A stretch of 32,000 nucleotides of DNA from Nostocales cyanobacterium HT-58-2 (GCA_002163975.1 CP019636.1:7774942-7806941); one strand, 5' to 3'. Shown: positions 9,014 through 17,930, numbered from the stretch's first letter. Numbers and translations are program-made. Notes: generated by a model from the letters alone, not told the origin.

Positions 9014-10474
9014 TTGCAACAACCAGGTACAGTGGCAATTTCTGCCGTAGCTGGCATGGGAGGAGTTGGGAAAACCGAACTAGCGCTACGCTATGCAAAG
9101 CAACACGAAGCGGATTATCCCGGTGGTATTTGCTGGTTATCCGCTAGAGAAACCAATCTGGCAGCTTTGATTGTACAATTTGCCCAGCTGCAGATGAATT
9201 TGGAAGTGCCGCAGGAGTTGGGAGGAAAACAGCTAACTCTCGCCCAGCAGGTGAATTGGTGCTGGCAGAACTGGCAACCACCAGAAGGGCTAGCGTTGGT
9301 GGTATTGGATGATGTCACAGATTTAGGGAATTATCGCGAGTTCCTACCAACAGCGAACCGCTTTCGAGTGTTAATAACAACACGGTTGCGAAACTTAGAC
9401 ACCAATATTGAGGAAATCCCTCTGGATGTGCTGTTACCAGAAGAAGCATTGCAATTATTGACAGCATTAGTGGGTGAAAAGCGGGTACAACGGGAAGAAG
9501 AAACAGCCAAAGAGTTATGTGAATGGTTAGGATATTTACCGTTAGGTTTGGAGTTGGTGGGGCGGTACATAGCAAAAAAACCTCCCAATTGGACTTTAGC
9601 AAAGATGTTAGAGCGGTTGAAAGCGCAGCGATTGGAAGACGAAGCTATAGATCGTCATCAATTGCAACAAACCCTAAGTACAGCACAGCTTGGAGTGAAA
9701 GCAGCATTTGAATTAAGTTGGCTGGATCTCCATCCCATGACACAACGTGTTGCCCAGTTGTTGAGCTTATTTGCACCAAATATCTTTGCTTGGAAATCGG
9801 TAGAATCTGCAACAAAGACGCTCAATTGGACTGCGTCAGATGCCGAAACAGCAAACCAGCAACTATACGAACGTCATTTGATTCAGTGGGTGGAAGATAC
9901 AGAAGATGGCTACAAAATTCATCCCTTAATTCGGGAGTTTTTGAAAGTCAAGCTAGCAACTTCAGAACAAGTCGATGAGTTGAAACGCGCTTTTGCAGAG
10001 ACTTTGATCGCAATTGCGAAGACAATTCCCAATTCGCCAACCCAGGAGTTCATTAAATCAGTAAAAAATGCGATTCCACATTTAGCAGAGGTTGCACAAA
10101 ATCTGATTGATGCAGTCAGTGATGAAAATTTACCTTGGGCTTTTGTTGGCTTAAGTAGATTTTATGAAGGACAAGGTTTGTATGCGCTAGCTCAACCCTG
10201 GTTAGAGCAATGTGTATCAGTCGTACAATTGCGTTTGGGAGATGAGCATCCCGATGTCGCCACCAGTTTCCACAACCTGGCAACACTCTACCATTCTCAA
10301 GGACGCTACAGTGAAGCCGAACCACTCTACATTCAAGCATTGGAAATTTATGAGCATCGGTTAGGCGTCAATCATCCTCATACAATTATCTCCCGTAAAA
10401 ATCTTGAAGGACTTCGCTCAGTAAGGGGTCATCGTGCCAAAACGGGAAAATTGTACCTTAAGAGATTTAGATAA
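9014..10474 (+). CDS. NB-ARC STAND NTPase with short TPR C-terminus; coding sequence almost certainly begins upstream of the listed TTG (frame open back to 8900)
   Basis: Walker A GMGGVGKTELA, Walker B LVVLDDV, RNBS-B-like LITTR and a GLPL-like motif LGYLPLGLELVG. Two kinesin-light-chain-type TPRs (HPDVATSFHNLATLYHSQGRYSEAEPLY, IYEHRLGVNHPHT). The conserved pre-P-loop segment FVGRQHELTLLHEKL lies at 8972-9016, upstream of the only candidate start. Confidence 0.75.
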   Translation: MQQPGTVAISAVAGMGGVGKTELALRYAKQHEADYPGGICWLSARETNLAALIVQFAQLQMNLEVPQELGGKQLTLAQQVNWCWQNWQPPEGLALVVLDDVTDLGNYREFLPTANRFRVLITTRLRNLDTNIEEIPLDVLLPEEALQLLTALVGEKRVQREEETAKELCEWLGYLPLGLELVGRYIAKKPPNWTLAKMLERLKAQRLEDEAIDRHQLQQTLSTAQLGVKAAFELSWLDLHPMTQRVAQLLSLFAPNIFAWKSVESATKTLNWTASDAETANQQLYERHLIQWVEDTEDGYKIHPLIREFLKVKLATSEQVDELKRAFAETLIAIAKTIPNSPTQEFIKSVKNAIPHLAEVAQNLIDAVSDENLPWAFVGLSRFYEGQGLYALAQPWLEQCVSVVQLRLGDEHPDVATSFHNLATLYHSQGRYSEAEPLYIQALEIYEHRLGVNHPHTIISRKNLEGLRSVRGHRAKTGKLYLKRFR

Positions 10475-10807
10475 AAACCCAAACTCTTGTCCAGACTAAA
10501 TTACAGCTTTTAAATTTTTCAAATTTTTGATTTTTTAAGTTTGAAGCTCTGAAGTGGCATTGATCATTGCCAAAAATGGCCATTTTTGGGCAAGTTGTTG
10601 ACGCAGAATAGTCTCAAATGCTGATTCTAGCGTACCCAACTTCACAGCAGCCAACCATCATTTATGCGCAAGTTGGTCTTGAAACCCATTCTGAAGCATT
10701 AATTGAGAAATTCAAGAAAGCTGCGGCTGGGAAGCAAGCACAGTAAACGTTTTGCAGTATAAGCAATTCCTTGGCGTACAAAAAACCCGTTTTGGCACGA
10801 TGACCCC
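10425..10807. repeat. 383-bp MITE-like unit bounded by a perfect 22-bp inverted repeat
   Basis: GGGGTCATCGTGCCAAAACGGG at 10425-10446 and its exact reverse complement at 10786-10807. The interior contains a perfect 20-bp palindrome CCAAAAATGGCCATTTTTGG (10570-10589). The left arm supplies the last 17 codons of the NB-ARC-TPR ORF. Confidence 0.55.
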
Positions 10808-10970
10808 AGTAATGACCTCCCCAGATATTGATAAAGCACCTGAGCAGTAAAATAGGTGCAATCACGCAATACACAATTATTACTTACTCACAGGCTGAAG
10901 CTCACTGATATGACACTCCAAGTACTTCTGCCTGCCAATACCACAAATAACACCTATAGCCACTCTAGTA

Positions 10971-11228
10971 TTACTCAACACCTCTCACCAGAACCCGTTC
11001 TCTAGAAAAATCAGGATCATTACTACGGTAAATAGTTTTATCTCCTTCCTTAAAAGGATTGTGTGTAACGTCAAACAAAATACCCCTTTTTTCATCCACA
11101 CTCTCCACAGTGCTTACCTGGCAAGGATTTGAACCCTCCACACACCCCTCCACGCTCCCCTCCACACAACTCTCCACACTGGAAAGTGATGAGGAAGCAG
11201 GGGATGCAGAGGGAGCAGATGAAAACAA
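10971..11228 (-). pseudogene. detached C-terminal segment of the primase-helicase gene (frame-shifted away by an 85-bp duplication)
   Basis: Begins (L)FSSAPSASP, the same peptide that ends the primase ORF. Removing one 85-bp repeat unit puts it in frame with 11242-13298 (see findings). Confidence 0.6.
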
Positions 11229-11395
11229 ATCCCATTGTTATTCAACGACTTCTTCCACTGTCGAGGATGGTGTGGAGGGTGGTAGGGGAGGCAGAGGGAG
11301 CAGATGAAAATAAATCCAGCTGTAATTCAACGACTTCTTGGACTGTGGAGGATGGTGTGGAGGGTGATGTGGAGAGTGCCGTGGAGGGTTCAAGA
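11128..11395. repeat. inverted pair of 4 x 12-bp iteron arrays (core GTGGAG) plus 85-bp tandem duplication
   Basis: CTCCAC on the + strand at 11136, 11148, 11160 and 11172. GTGGAG on the + strand at 11345, 11357, 11369 and 11381. Both arrays start with TTGAACCCTCCAC when read inward. Tandem units 11206-11290 and 11291-11375 are roughly 85-90% identical. Confidence 0.8.
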
Positions 11396-13298
11396 GCTTG
11401 CTGCACCTCAATTTTGGAGGATGTGGAGGATTGAGCCACTGTTTGCAATGAATATATTTCCTCCAGAGTTAGAATTTCATCATCCGAACCTATCTGCCGT
11501 AGCCGCAACCCAAAAATCACATTGCAACTCCTGGTCTTTCCTTTTTGAATTTCACTCCACCCCAGGATGTTCTTGCACAAATCCAACAGATGTCCGGAAA
11601 ACTCAGTAATCGCCTTAGGCGTTTTACCCGCATCAGAGCAGCGTTGGTAGTAGCTGCCAAAAAGTGTCACCACATTACCAACACCAAAATCTTTCGCTTC
11701 ATTCTTATTGCTACCGATGGGAGTTTTGGCAGCGGCATCCCTAATAACATACTCATCCAACCACCAAGCAACAGAATCTGTGCGCTTGCGATGTTCCCAT
11801 GCTTGAAGTTCTACTTCCTTACATTTGATTTCACCAAGCAGGACAGAAGTGACAACCTCATCAGGTATTGCCAAGATGTGATTTGTAAAAGCATCTAATT
11901 GAGCTTCTAGCTTCTGTTGCAACCGAGAGTCTCTATCCTTGGGAGTGACAGTAAACGGCACATTTATGACGCGACGGTTCAATCCTGAGGATGTCTCATT
12001 AACGAACACAGGATAGTTAGAACTCATTACCACCATACCGTCAAAGATGTACTGAAACGCAGTTCTACCCTTTTGTTCACCGCGTATAAAATCACCACCA
12101 GTCAGCGATTTAAACTTACCGACCTTGCCAGAAAACTTATCCTCATCCCAAAACACCACTAAACGCTTGCGATAGCCGTTCGCAGATTCAAACTGATTTC
12201 CACACCAGTCATTTAATGTCGAAGAATGAACATTGCACTCACCAATCAAACTCACCAGTAACCTCATGAAAGTTCCCTTACCAGTACCACCATGTCCGGT
12301 GAGGTGGAGGAACTTTTGTAAATCAGCACGTCCTTTGAGAACAGCATTGCAGAAACACAGCAATATCTGCTTTAATTCTTCCTTCCCACCAGTCGCTTCA
12401 TCCATCCAGCTTGAGATAGTCTCCCAATTCGTCGCTGCTTGTTTGTAATCACGCGGAATACACCAGGTAAAGCGAAAACCAGGAGAATGGGAAACGACCT
12501 TACCAGTGGCAATTTCCAGCACTCCATTCTGGAATGGGATGTACTCCTTAGGTGATTTTTCTTCCCAAGTCCTTGCAATCAACTTACCGCGCATGGTTTT
12601 CACCACATTCACGATATAACTGTGGGAACCGTACTCCTTCATTCCTTTATTGACCACCGCGTCAGCAATGATGCTTTCTATGCACTCATCCGACTCAACC
12701 GACCAGACACCGCGATAGTCAGCTTCATATCGCATCCACAACTTTGATTCATTATTCCACCGTAAAGTCGAACGAAACTCATCTGCCAAAGCTATTCCCA
12801 TGACATTTGCTGGGGTGATTTTCTTTTTATTGCTCTTGGCTGGTTGGGTTTGTATGAACTCATCACCAGAAACAGCATTCTCAAACTGTCGTTCCAACCT
12901 CTGCAATAATTCCGGCGTGATGTCCATAACGTGCTTGAGTATGTCATCCTTGCTCAGATGATACTCCTCAATCCAATCCACTACGTCTACACCTCCAGAC
13001 TCAGGCAAATCATCCCACACTGGTGAGTCTGGGTAAGCGAGCAAAACCTTGGCGTTGGGAAAGTCTTGATAAATCCTTAAAAAGTGTTTCACACCTGGTT
13101 TGTCCATATCAGGACAAATTACAACTTGTTTCACCTCGGCTAAATCAGTAGAGTCAGTGTTTGCCCACTTACCACTGCCGCCAATGTTAGTCGTGGCAAC
13201 CAGATCCAGAAAACACAATGCGTCAGCTACTGGTTCTCCTTCACCAATGAACATTGGAACATCAGATTGAATTGCTAAACTCACATCAGGGTAATAGC
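11242..13298 (-). pseudogene. primase-helicase (Toprim + P4/D5-type SF3 helicase), distal part, separated from its N-terminus by a transposon
   Basis: Toprim motifs FIGEGEPVADA and VICPDMDKPG. SF3 Walker A LTGHGGTGKGTFMRLL and Walker B-like LVVFWDED. The first 12 codons of the listed ORF (to 13335) are transposon-end sequence, not native coding. Confidence 0.8.
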
Positions 13299-13512
13299 TG
13301 TAGGAGCCAGCAATAAGAAACGCTCCGACCAGCAATAATGATCATTCTGAGCCAGGATTAATTGCAACTATGTTAGTGAGTTGAGCCAGGATTATCTACA
13401 ACTGGGACAGGATTAACTGCAACCAGCCAGCAATAACTTGCTTTGAGCCAGAATTGTTTGCAACTAGAATCAAAAAAATTTTTGTTAAAATATTAGTAAT
13501 ATTAATAACTAA

Positions 13513-14484
13513 TTAAATAGGTAATCCTGCGGCTAACATTTGTTCTTGTAATTCGCGTGTTCTGGTGGGGTCAAGTTGTCCTCGTAATAAAGAGCGAATC
13601 TCAGATGGTTTAGCATTTAACTGTTCAGATAGGCTTTTGACGTTGTAGCCATGCCGCGTCAAAGTTGGCTCTAAGTCATCAATCTGCTTGGACAGAATCG
13701 ACTCGACAATGGAGAGCGTGACAATTGCTTCCCCCATACGATGAGCTTCCTCGAAGGATAAAGATAAGTGCATTTCTATTTGAAGGGGGGTTCTCAACCG
13801 CGTACAGAGTAGGTCAATGGCTTCTGCTGTAATTAAATTCTCCAGTAATGTTCCTTCTTTTGTGCAGGAAGAAAGCAGCCATTCGATGTACTGGCGCTGG
13901 CTACCCCCAATACTGTCGAGAGAGAAGATGACTGTGCGGTAGCCGATTTCTTCCATCATAGGACGACGTAAATCATTTTTGAGTTTAGGATGGCCTGCCA
14001 GGATAATAGAAAGGATGCCCCCACTATCTTCCACCACTTCAATTAGGCGCTTGAGTCCTGTCAAAGTGCTGCTATGTAGGTCGTGCGCTTCATCGACAAA
14101 CAGAGCCACTGGCTTCTTACCTTTGCGAATTAGCTCTTGCAGCTCCCTTTCCCGCTTTTCGCCTTGAGTGGAAATCTTGACTTCCTTATCCGATGATAAG
14201 TCGTAGAACAAGGCAGCAATGAGCGTTGGTAAGGTCGCTCGATTTTTATCTACTGACAGAGATTTAGAAACCAATATCTTGCCTTCTTTCTTTAAGGCTT
14301 CTTGCAACCGCCGCAATGTCACAGTCTTGCCGCACCCAACAACGCCTGTGACAGCAATCATTTTCCCCTGTGGAATTGCCGCTTTAATCTCTTTAAACAA
14401 CTGCCTCAAGTGGTCTGTTTCGTAATATCCTGCTCGCCGAAATTCCTTCACCAACCCATAAAATTCCATCACTTCAGTCAGCAT
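13513..14484 (-). CDS. AAA+ ATPase transposition helper (TniB/MuB/ExeA-like)
   Basis: 323 aa. Walker A GVVGCGKT and Walker B LFVDEAH. The start overlaps the transposase stop by 11 nt. Confidence 0.8.
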   Translation of the reverse strand: MLTEVMEFYGLVKEFRRAGYYETDHLRQLFKEIKAAIPQGKMIAVTGVVGCGKTVTLRRLQEALKKEGKILVSKSLSVDKNRATLPTLIAALFYDLSSDKEVKISTQGEKRERELQELIRKGKKPVALFVDEAHDLHSSTLTGLKRLIEVVEDSGGILSIILAGHPKLKNDLRRPMMEEIGYRTVIFSLDSIGGSQRQYIEWLLSSCTKEGTLLENLITAEAIDLLCTRLRTPLQIEMHLSLSFEEAHRMGEAIVTLSIVESILSKQIDDLEPTLTRHGYNVKSLSEQLNAKPSEIRSLLRGQLDPTRTRELQEQMLAAGLPI

Positions 14485-16132
14485 CTTTGTTTTCCCGCCT
14501 TTGCTTAAAGTAGTGCCGCACTCGTTCCAAAATCACCTTTTTAGAAAGCGTTTGGGCTAAGAGTTCATCGATGAAAGCCCGCTCTTGCTCCGACAATCTT
14601 GCTAGGGGTAGGGCAAGGTTATCCGCAATGGCTCGTTTGGCAGCGAGGATGCTGGGATAGGTAAACTCCTGGAATGGGTCTGGATCTTGGAAAGGAATGA
14701 TTATGGGTTCGCTCTTTGGCTGTGATGGAGCCAGAAATTGAAGCTCTCGGTTTCCTTCTAAGGCGGCCCGAGGCAAAACTAACCCAGTAGCCAGGGCAGC
14801 AATTCGGTCAGCTCGCTCCTGCGTTTTACTTTTCTTAAACTTGCGGTAGCGATGTAATGGAATCGGCCCGTCCACGGGTAGGTAAGGCCCATACTTAGTT
14901 CCGTCTTTCTCCACGTATAATTCATTGTCAAACAACCCCCACCAAAGGACGACAGTTTCTCCTGCCAAGTCAGGGTTTACTTCGTAAGCCACCCCTGCTA
15001 CTGATACCCTGGCACAAGCATCCACCTTACGTTGTTCCGGCTCCCTGGCAAAAGTACAAAACCGCTCCCAGCTACACATGGACTGCAATCCTTTTACTGG
15101 TAAGTGTAAAAGCCAATCTTCTAAACGAGAATGGTTCTCTTGGCGATGGGGTTGATTGTTATAGTGCAGCAGGTACTGGTGCAACCAACGGTTGGCTTCT
15201 TGTTCCGTTTGGGGTTGGTGAAAGTGGTAAAGGGTTTCATGGGCTTCCTTCACTGTCCGAAACGGGCGTTCTACTTTGCCTTTCGCCCGAGCCGTTACCC
15301 GCCGCCCGTCTTTGCCATTGGGCAGATGAGTAACTAATTTTACTCCCAAACATTCCATGACGTTCTGAAATACCCGACTTTTGCTAATCGGGCCATTGTC
15401 CGTATAAAGCATTTGTGGAATACCTTGAAAACCAAACCCTTCTATGGTTTTGGCACTCATGGCGTTAAATAGGAAGCGCAAAGCCGCTTCTACGTCCTCC
15501 CCATAAACACAGTGGTATTCCTGGTAACATACTCCACTTCTGTCATCAACGACACTGTAGAGCATCAACTGTGGGTTTCCACGCCCTGGCTGAATCCAAG
15601 TAGGAAGATCAAGGTGTTTTAAATCTGAGGGGCTGAGATCAAAGTGCCAGCAATCATTGCTCATGTCAGCTTGAAAGCGCACCGCAGGAGGCTGGCGCGT
15701 CATTGAGGTGTGGTCGTAGCCCCAGGTTTTTAAGTAGTAGTTGACGCTACTTTTAGTCAACAATCCGGCAGGAGGCTGGACAAATCCATCAGGCGTTTCC
15801 ATACCGTACTCTTCCAGCAGTTGAATTGCCCGAGCAGTTGAGACATGTCTTCCTTTCTTGTTGCTGGTACGGATTTTGAAGGCAGCAATAATTTCGCAGT
15901 AGCGTTCCATCTCTGCTGTTGATAACTTGCGTGGTGTCCCCCTATCTGAACGCCCTTCTGCTTTGGGACGAGACCGCTCTCGCAATGCCCGATACACTGT
16001 GTCTAGTGACACACCGTAGCTAGTGGCAGCTTCTTCAATCAGTTTTCGTCGCTCTCGAGACCTTGGTGGAAATAATTCTAGTCTCTGCCGTAATTGAACT
16101 AACGCATCATTAGGAATCTGCTTCCGGCTCAT
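14474..16132 (-). CDS. DDE transposase, Mu/TniA/TnsB-like (rve integrase core)
   Basis: 552 aa. N-terminal HTH (SYGVSLDTVYRALRE). DDE candidates are WHFDLSPSD, LYTDNGPISKS and KGKVERPFRTVKE. ATGA start/stop overlap with the resolvase gene. Confidence 0.85.
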   Translation of the reverse strand: MSRKQIPNDALVQLRQRLELFPPRSRERRKLIEEAATSYGVSLDTVYRALRERSRPKAEGRSDRGTPRKLSTAEMERYCEIIAAFKIRTSNKKGRHVSTARAIQLLEEYGMETPDGFVQPPAGLLTKSSVNYYLKTWGYDHTSMTRQPPAVRFQADMSNDCWHFDLSPSDLKHLDLPTWIQPGRGNPQLMLYSVVDDRSGVCYQEYHCVYGEDVEAALRFLFNAMSAKTIEGFGFQGIPQMLYTDNGPISKSRVFQNVMECLGVKLVTHLPNGKDGRRVTARAKGKVERPFRTVKEAHETLYHFHQPQTEQEANRWLHQYLLHYNNQPHRQENHSRLEDWLLHLPVKGLQSMCSWERFCTFAREPEQRKVDACARVSVAGVAYEVNPDLAGETVVLWWGLFDNELYVEKDGTKYGPYLPVDGPIPLHRYRKFKKSKTQERADRIAALATGLVLPRAALEGNRELQFLAPSQPKSEPIIIPFQDPDPFQEFTYPSILAAKRAIADNLALPLARLSEQERAFIDELLAQTLSKKVILERVRHYFKQRRENKDAD

Positions 16133-16692
16133 GGTGTTCCTTGGGCCTTTGCAATGTAACTGTAGAGCGTTGGCTTAGAAATTCCCATGATTCGGCAGAT
16201 TTCTTCAATGGTGTACTGACGCTCGTTGTAGAGCTTGATAGCCAATTGACGCTTTGGCGCATCTAATGCTTTAGGTCTTCCTCCCTTGCGCCCCCGCGCT
16301 CTAGCTGCTGTCAATCCGGCTTGTGTACGTTCTCGAATCAGGTTGCGCTCAAATTCTGCTAGTGCGCCAAACAGATGGAAGATTAATTTACCACTGGTTG
16401 AGGTAGTAGCTAGAGCCTCAGTTAAGCTGTGCAATTCGATACCGCGCTCAGATAAGGTTTCCACCATTTGGATTAAATCTTTTAAGGAGCGTCCCAAACG
16501 ATCTAATCGCCATACTACCAATACGTCTCCTGCACGGGCTGCCTCTAAAGCCTTTGTTAATCCTGGACGGGCTACTCCTGCTCCGCTAAGTCTATCCTCA
16601 TAAATCCGACTACATCCCGCCTGCTTTAGGGCATCTTTTTGCAGGTTTAGATTCTGGTCGTCAGTGGAGACACGGGCATAGCCAATCAGCAT
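16129..16692 (-). CDS. serine recombinase (resolvase/invertase family)
   Basis: 187 aa. Catalytic N-terminus MLIGYARVSTDDQ, the motif VVWRLDRLGRS, and a C-terminal HTH (ICRIMGISKPTLYSYI). Confidence 0.9.
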   Translation of the reverse strand: MLIGYARVSTDDQNLNLQKDALKQAGCSRIYEDRLSGAGVARPGLTKALEAARAGDVLVVWRLDRLGRSLKDLIQMVETLSERGIELHSLTEALATTSTSGKLIFHLFGALAEFERNLIRERTQAGLTAARARGRKGGRPKALDAPKRQLAIKLYNERQYTIEEICRIMGISKPTLYSYIAKAQGTP

Positions 16693-17011
16693 TTAGAAGT
16701 TAGCTTTAGTTAAGAAACTCATTGCTTATGATTATATCTTGCCATAGATTATTTAACTGAGTTTTTTAACCAAAAATTAACTGTCTTTGGCGGTGGTCGC
16801 AAGCAAAACTTCTTGGTCAAGAAAAGGGTGGTTTTCTTTACTTATAGTTGTAATTAATTCTGGCTCAAATTTCTTATTGCTGGCTGGTTGCAGTTAATTC
16901 TGTCCCAGTTGTAGATAATCCTGGCTCAATTCACCAACATAGTTGCAATTAATTCTGGCTCAGAATGATCATTATTGCTGGTCGGAGCGTTTCTTATTGC
17001 TGGCTCCTACA

Positions 17012-17429
17012 AATAGCGATAAACAGGGATATTCTCACGCTTGATATTCCCTAACCCTTTGACCCAACTTCCATTCTCATAACGTTCTTGCCAAATTTTC
17101 TTTTTCCCTTTGCCATCGTCACGGCGGACAACTTTAACCAAAGGATTGCCATTGCGATCATTGTAAATCCATTCTCGTTTCTGCTTTGATCTAACGGGCT
17201 TATGTAGCTCCGTTAGCGCCAGATAATAACTCCCCTCATGATCCGCCTTGCTTGTTTTGTGCCATCCCTCAGCCAGTGCATCACGTTTACACACCTCTAA
17301 ATTGCCAAGGCGATAACACCAGTCAGGTTTCCCACAATGGCGGCATGGTTCATTTTTCGTAACGGGTTGTAGCCCATGAGAAGTTTGTGTATTTTGTATC
17401 TCTGATGAATTAAGTATTGACGTGTTCAT
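17012..17429 (-). pseudogene. primase-helicase N-terminal fragment (Cys-rich zinc-binding region)
   Basis: ATG at 17429. Contains CRHCGKPDWCYRLGNLEVC. The ORF runs 1 codon into the transposon end and then hits TAG. It joins in frame to 13292 once the transposon and one target-duplication copy are removed. Confidence 0.8.
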
Positions 17430-17627
17430 TTTTCAACTCATCATTGAGTAGATAAAGTAGATAATTCAAACACACGCCATTGCTCACAATTTCGTTATAT
17501 CTTTAGTTTTGGGAGTCATATCTGAACTCCCCTCAACCCGTAAGACAGCTAGCCTATCCTTTCATTCCAAAGAAGTTCACAACCGTCTCATTCTGTCGTG
17601 ACAATTCATCAGAATTGACAGACTTTA

Positions 17628-17930
17628 TTATTTGTCAGCTTGTTGTGACTTCCAAACTTTGTAAGCTTTGGAGACAATTTTTTGGAAGTCATTGTAACTT
17701 TCTGGTAATAACTTCTCGAAGACATATTTGATGAGAAAGGAAACAACATAATCTTCATCAAAACAAACTGTCGCTGGAATCTTGTCATCACTCTTGCGTT
17801 GACCGACAACACGGAGCATCCCTTTATGTTTGTAACCATTCGGGAGTAGCATTTGCGAATTCAACCCGTAACGGTAAGGATTCCCTAATATTTCTTTCCA
17901 AGAAACAACCTTGTCTTGTTCTAATTCCAT
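17628..17930 (-). CDS. hypothetical protein (100 aa), first gene of the primase operon
   Basis: ATG-initiated ORF directly downstream of a tandem operator-like repeat. No recognisable motif. The overlapping ORF 17609-17839 is considered spurious. Confidence 0.5.
   Translation of the reverse strand: MELEQDKVVSWKEILGNPYRYGLNSQMLLPNGYKHKGMLRVVGQRKSDDKIPATVCFDEDYVVSFLIKYVFEKLLPESYNDFQKIVSKAYKVWKSQQADK

Larger units (their letters stand above)
13299..17011 (-). mobile_element. Tn552/Tn5053-like (Mu-superfamily DDE + AAA+ helper + serine resolvase) transposon, 3713 bp
   Basis: Ends are 5'-TGTAGGAGCC...GGCTCCTACA-3'. Terminal inverted repeats of about 165 bp (13299-13464 / 16847-17011); the outer 70 bp differ at 1 position. 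Four 20-bp sites GAGCCAGGATTAWYTGCAAC sit at mirrored distances of 50, 84, 105 and 145 bp from each tip. Flanked by the 6-bp direct repeat AATAGC (13293-13298 and 17012-17017). Confidence 0.9.

Noticed and set aside
10662-10874. 70-aa minus-strand ORF inside the MITE-like unit
   Set aside because: Its only protein-like similarity (GHRAKTG) is a mirror image of the inverted-repeat arm. No RBS or motif.
11059-11609. Plus-strand ORFs 11059-11307, 11129-11434 and 11304-11609
   Set aside because: They lie antisense to the primase-helicase tail and arise from the low-complexity GTGGAG iteron arrays. No independent coding signal.
13299-13335. Listed N-terminus (MLVGAFLIAGSY...) of ORF 11242-13335
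   Set aside because: These codons are the transposon terminal inverted repeat read through by chance. Native coding resumes at 13292, after the target duplication.
13299-17011. CRISPR-associated (Tn7-like CAST) transposon
   Set aside because: The transposon contains only resolvase, DDE transposase and AAA+ ATPase genes. There is no Cas12k or Cascade gene, no TniQ, no CRISPR repeats and no room for them within 3.7 kb.
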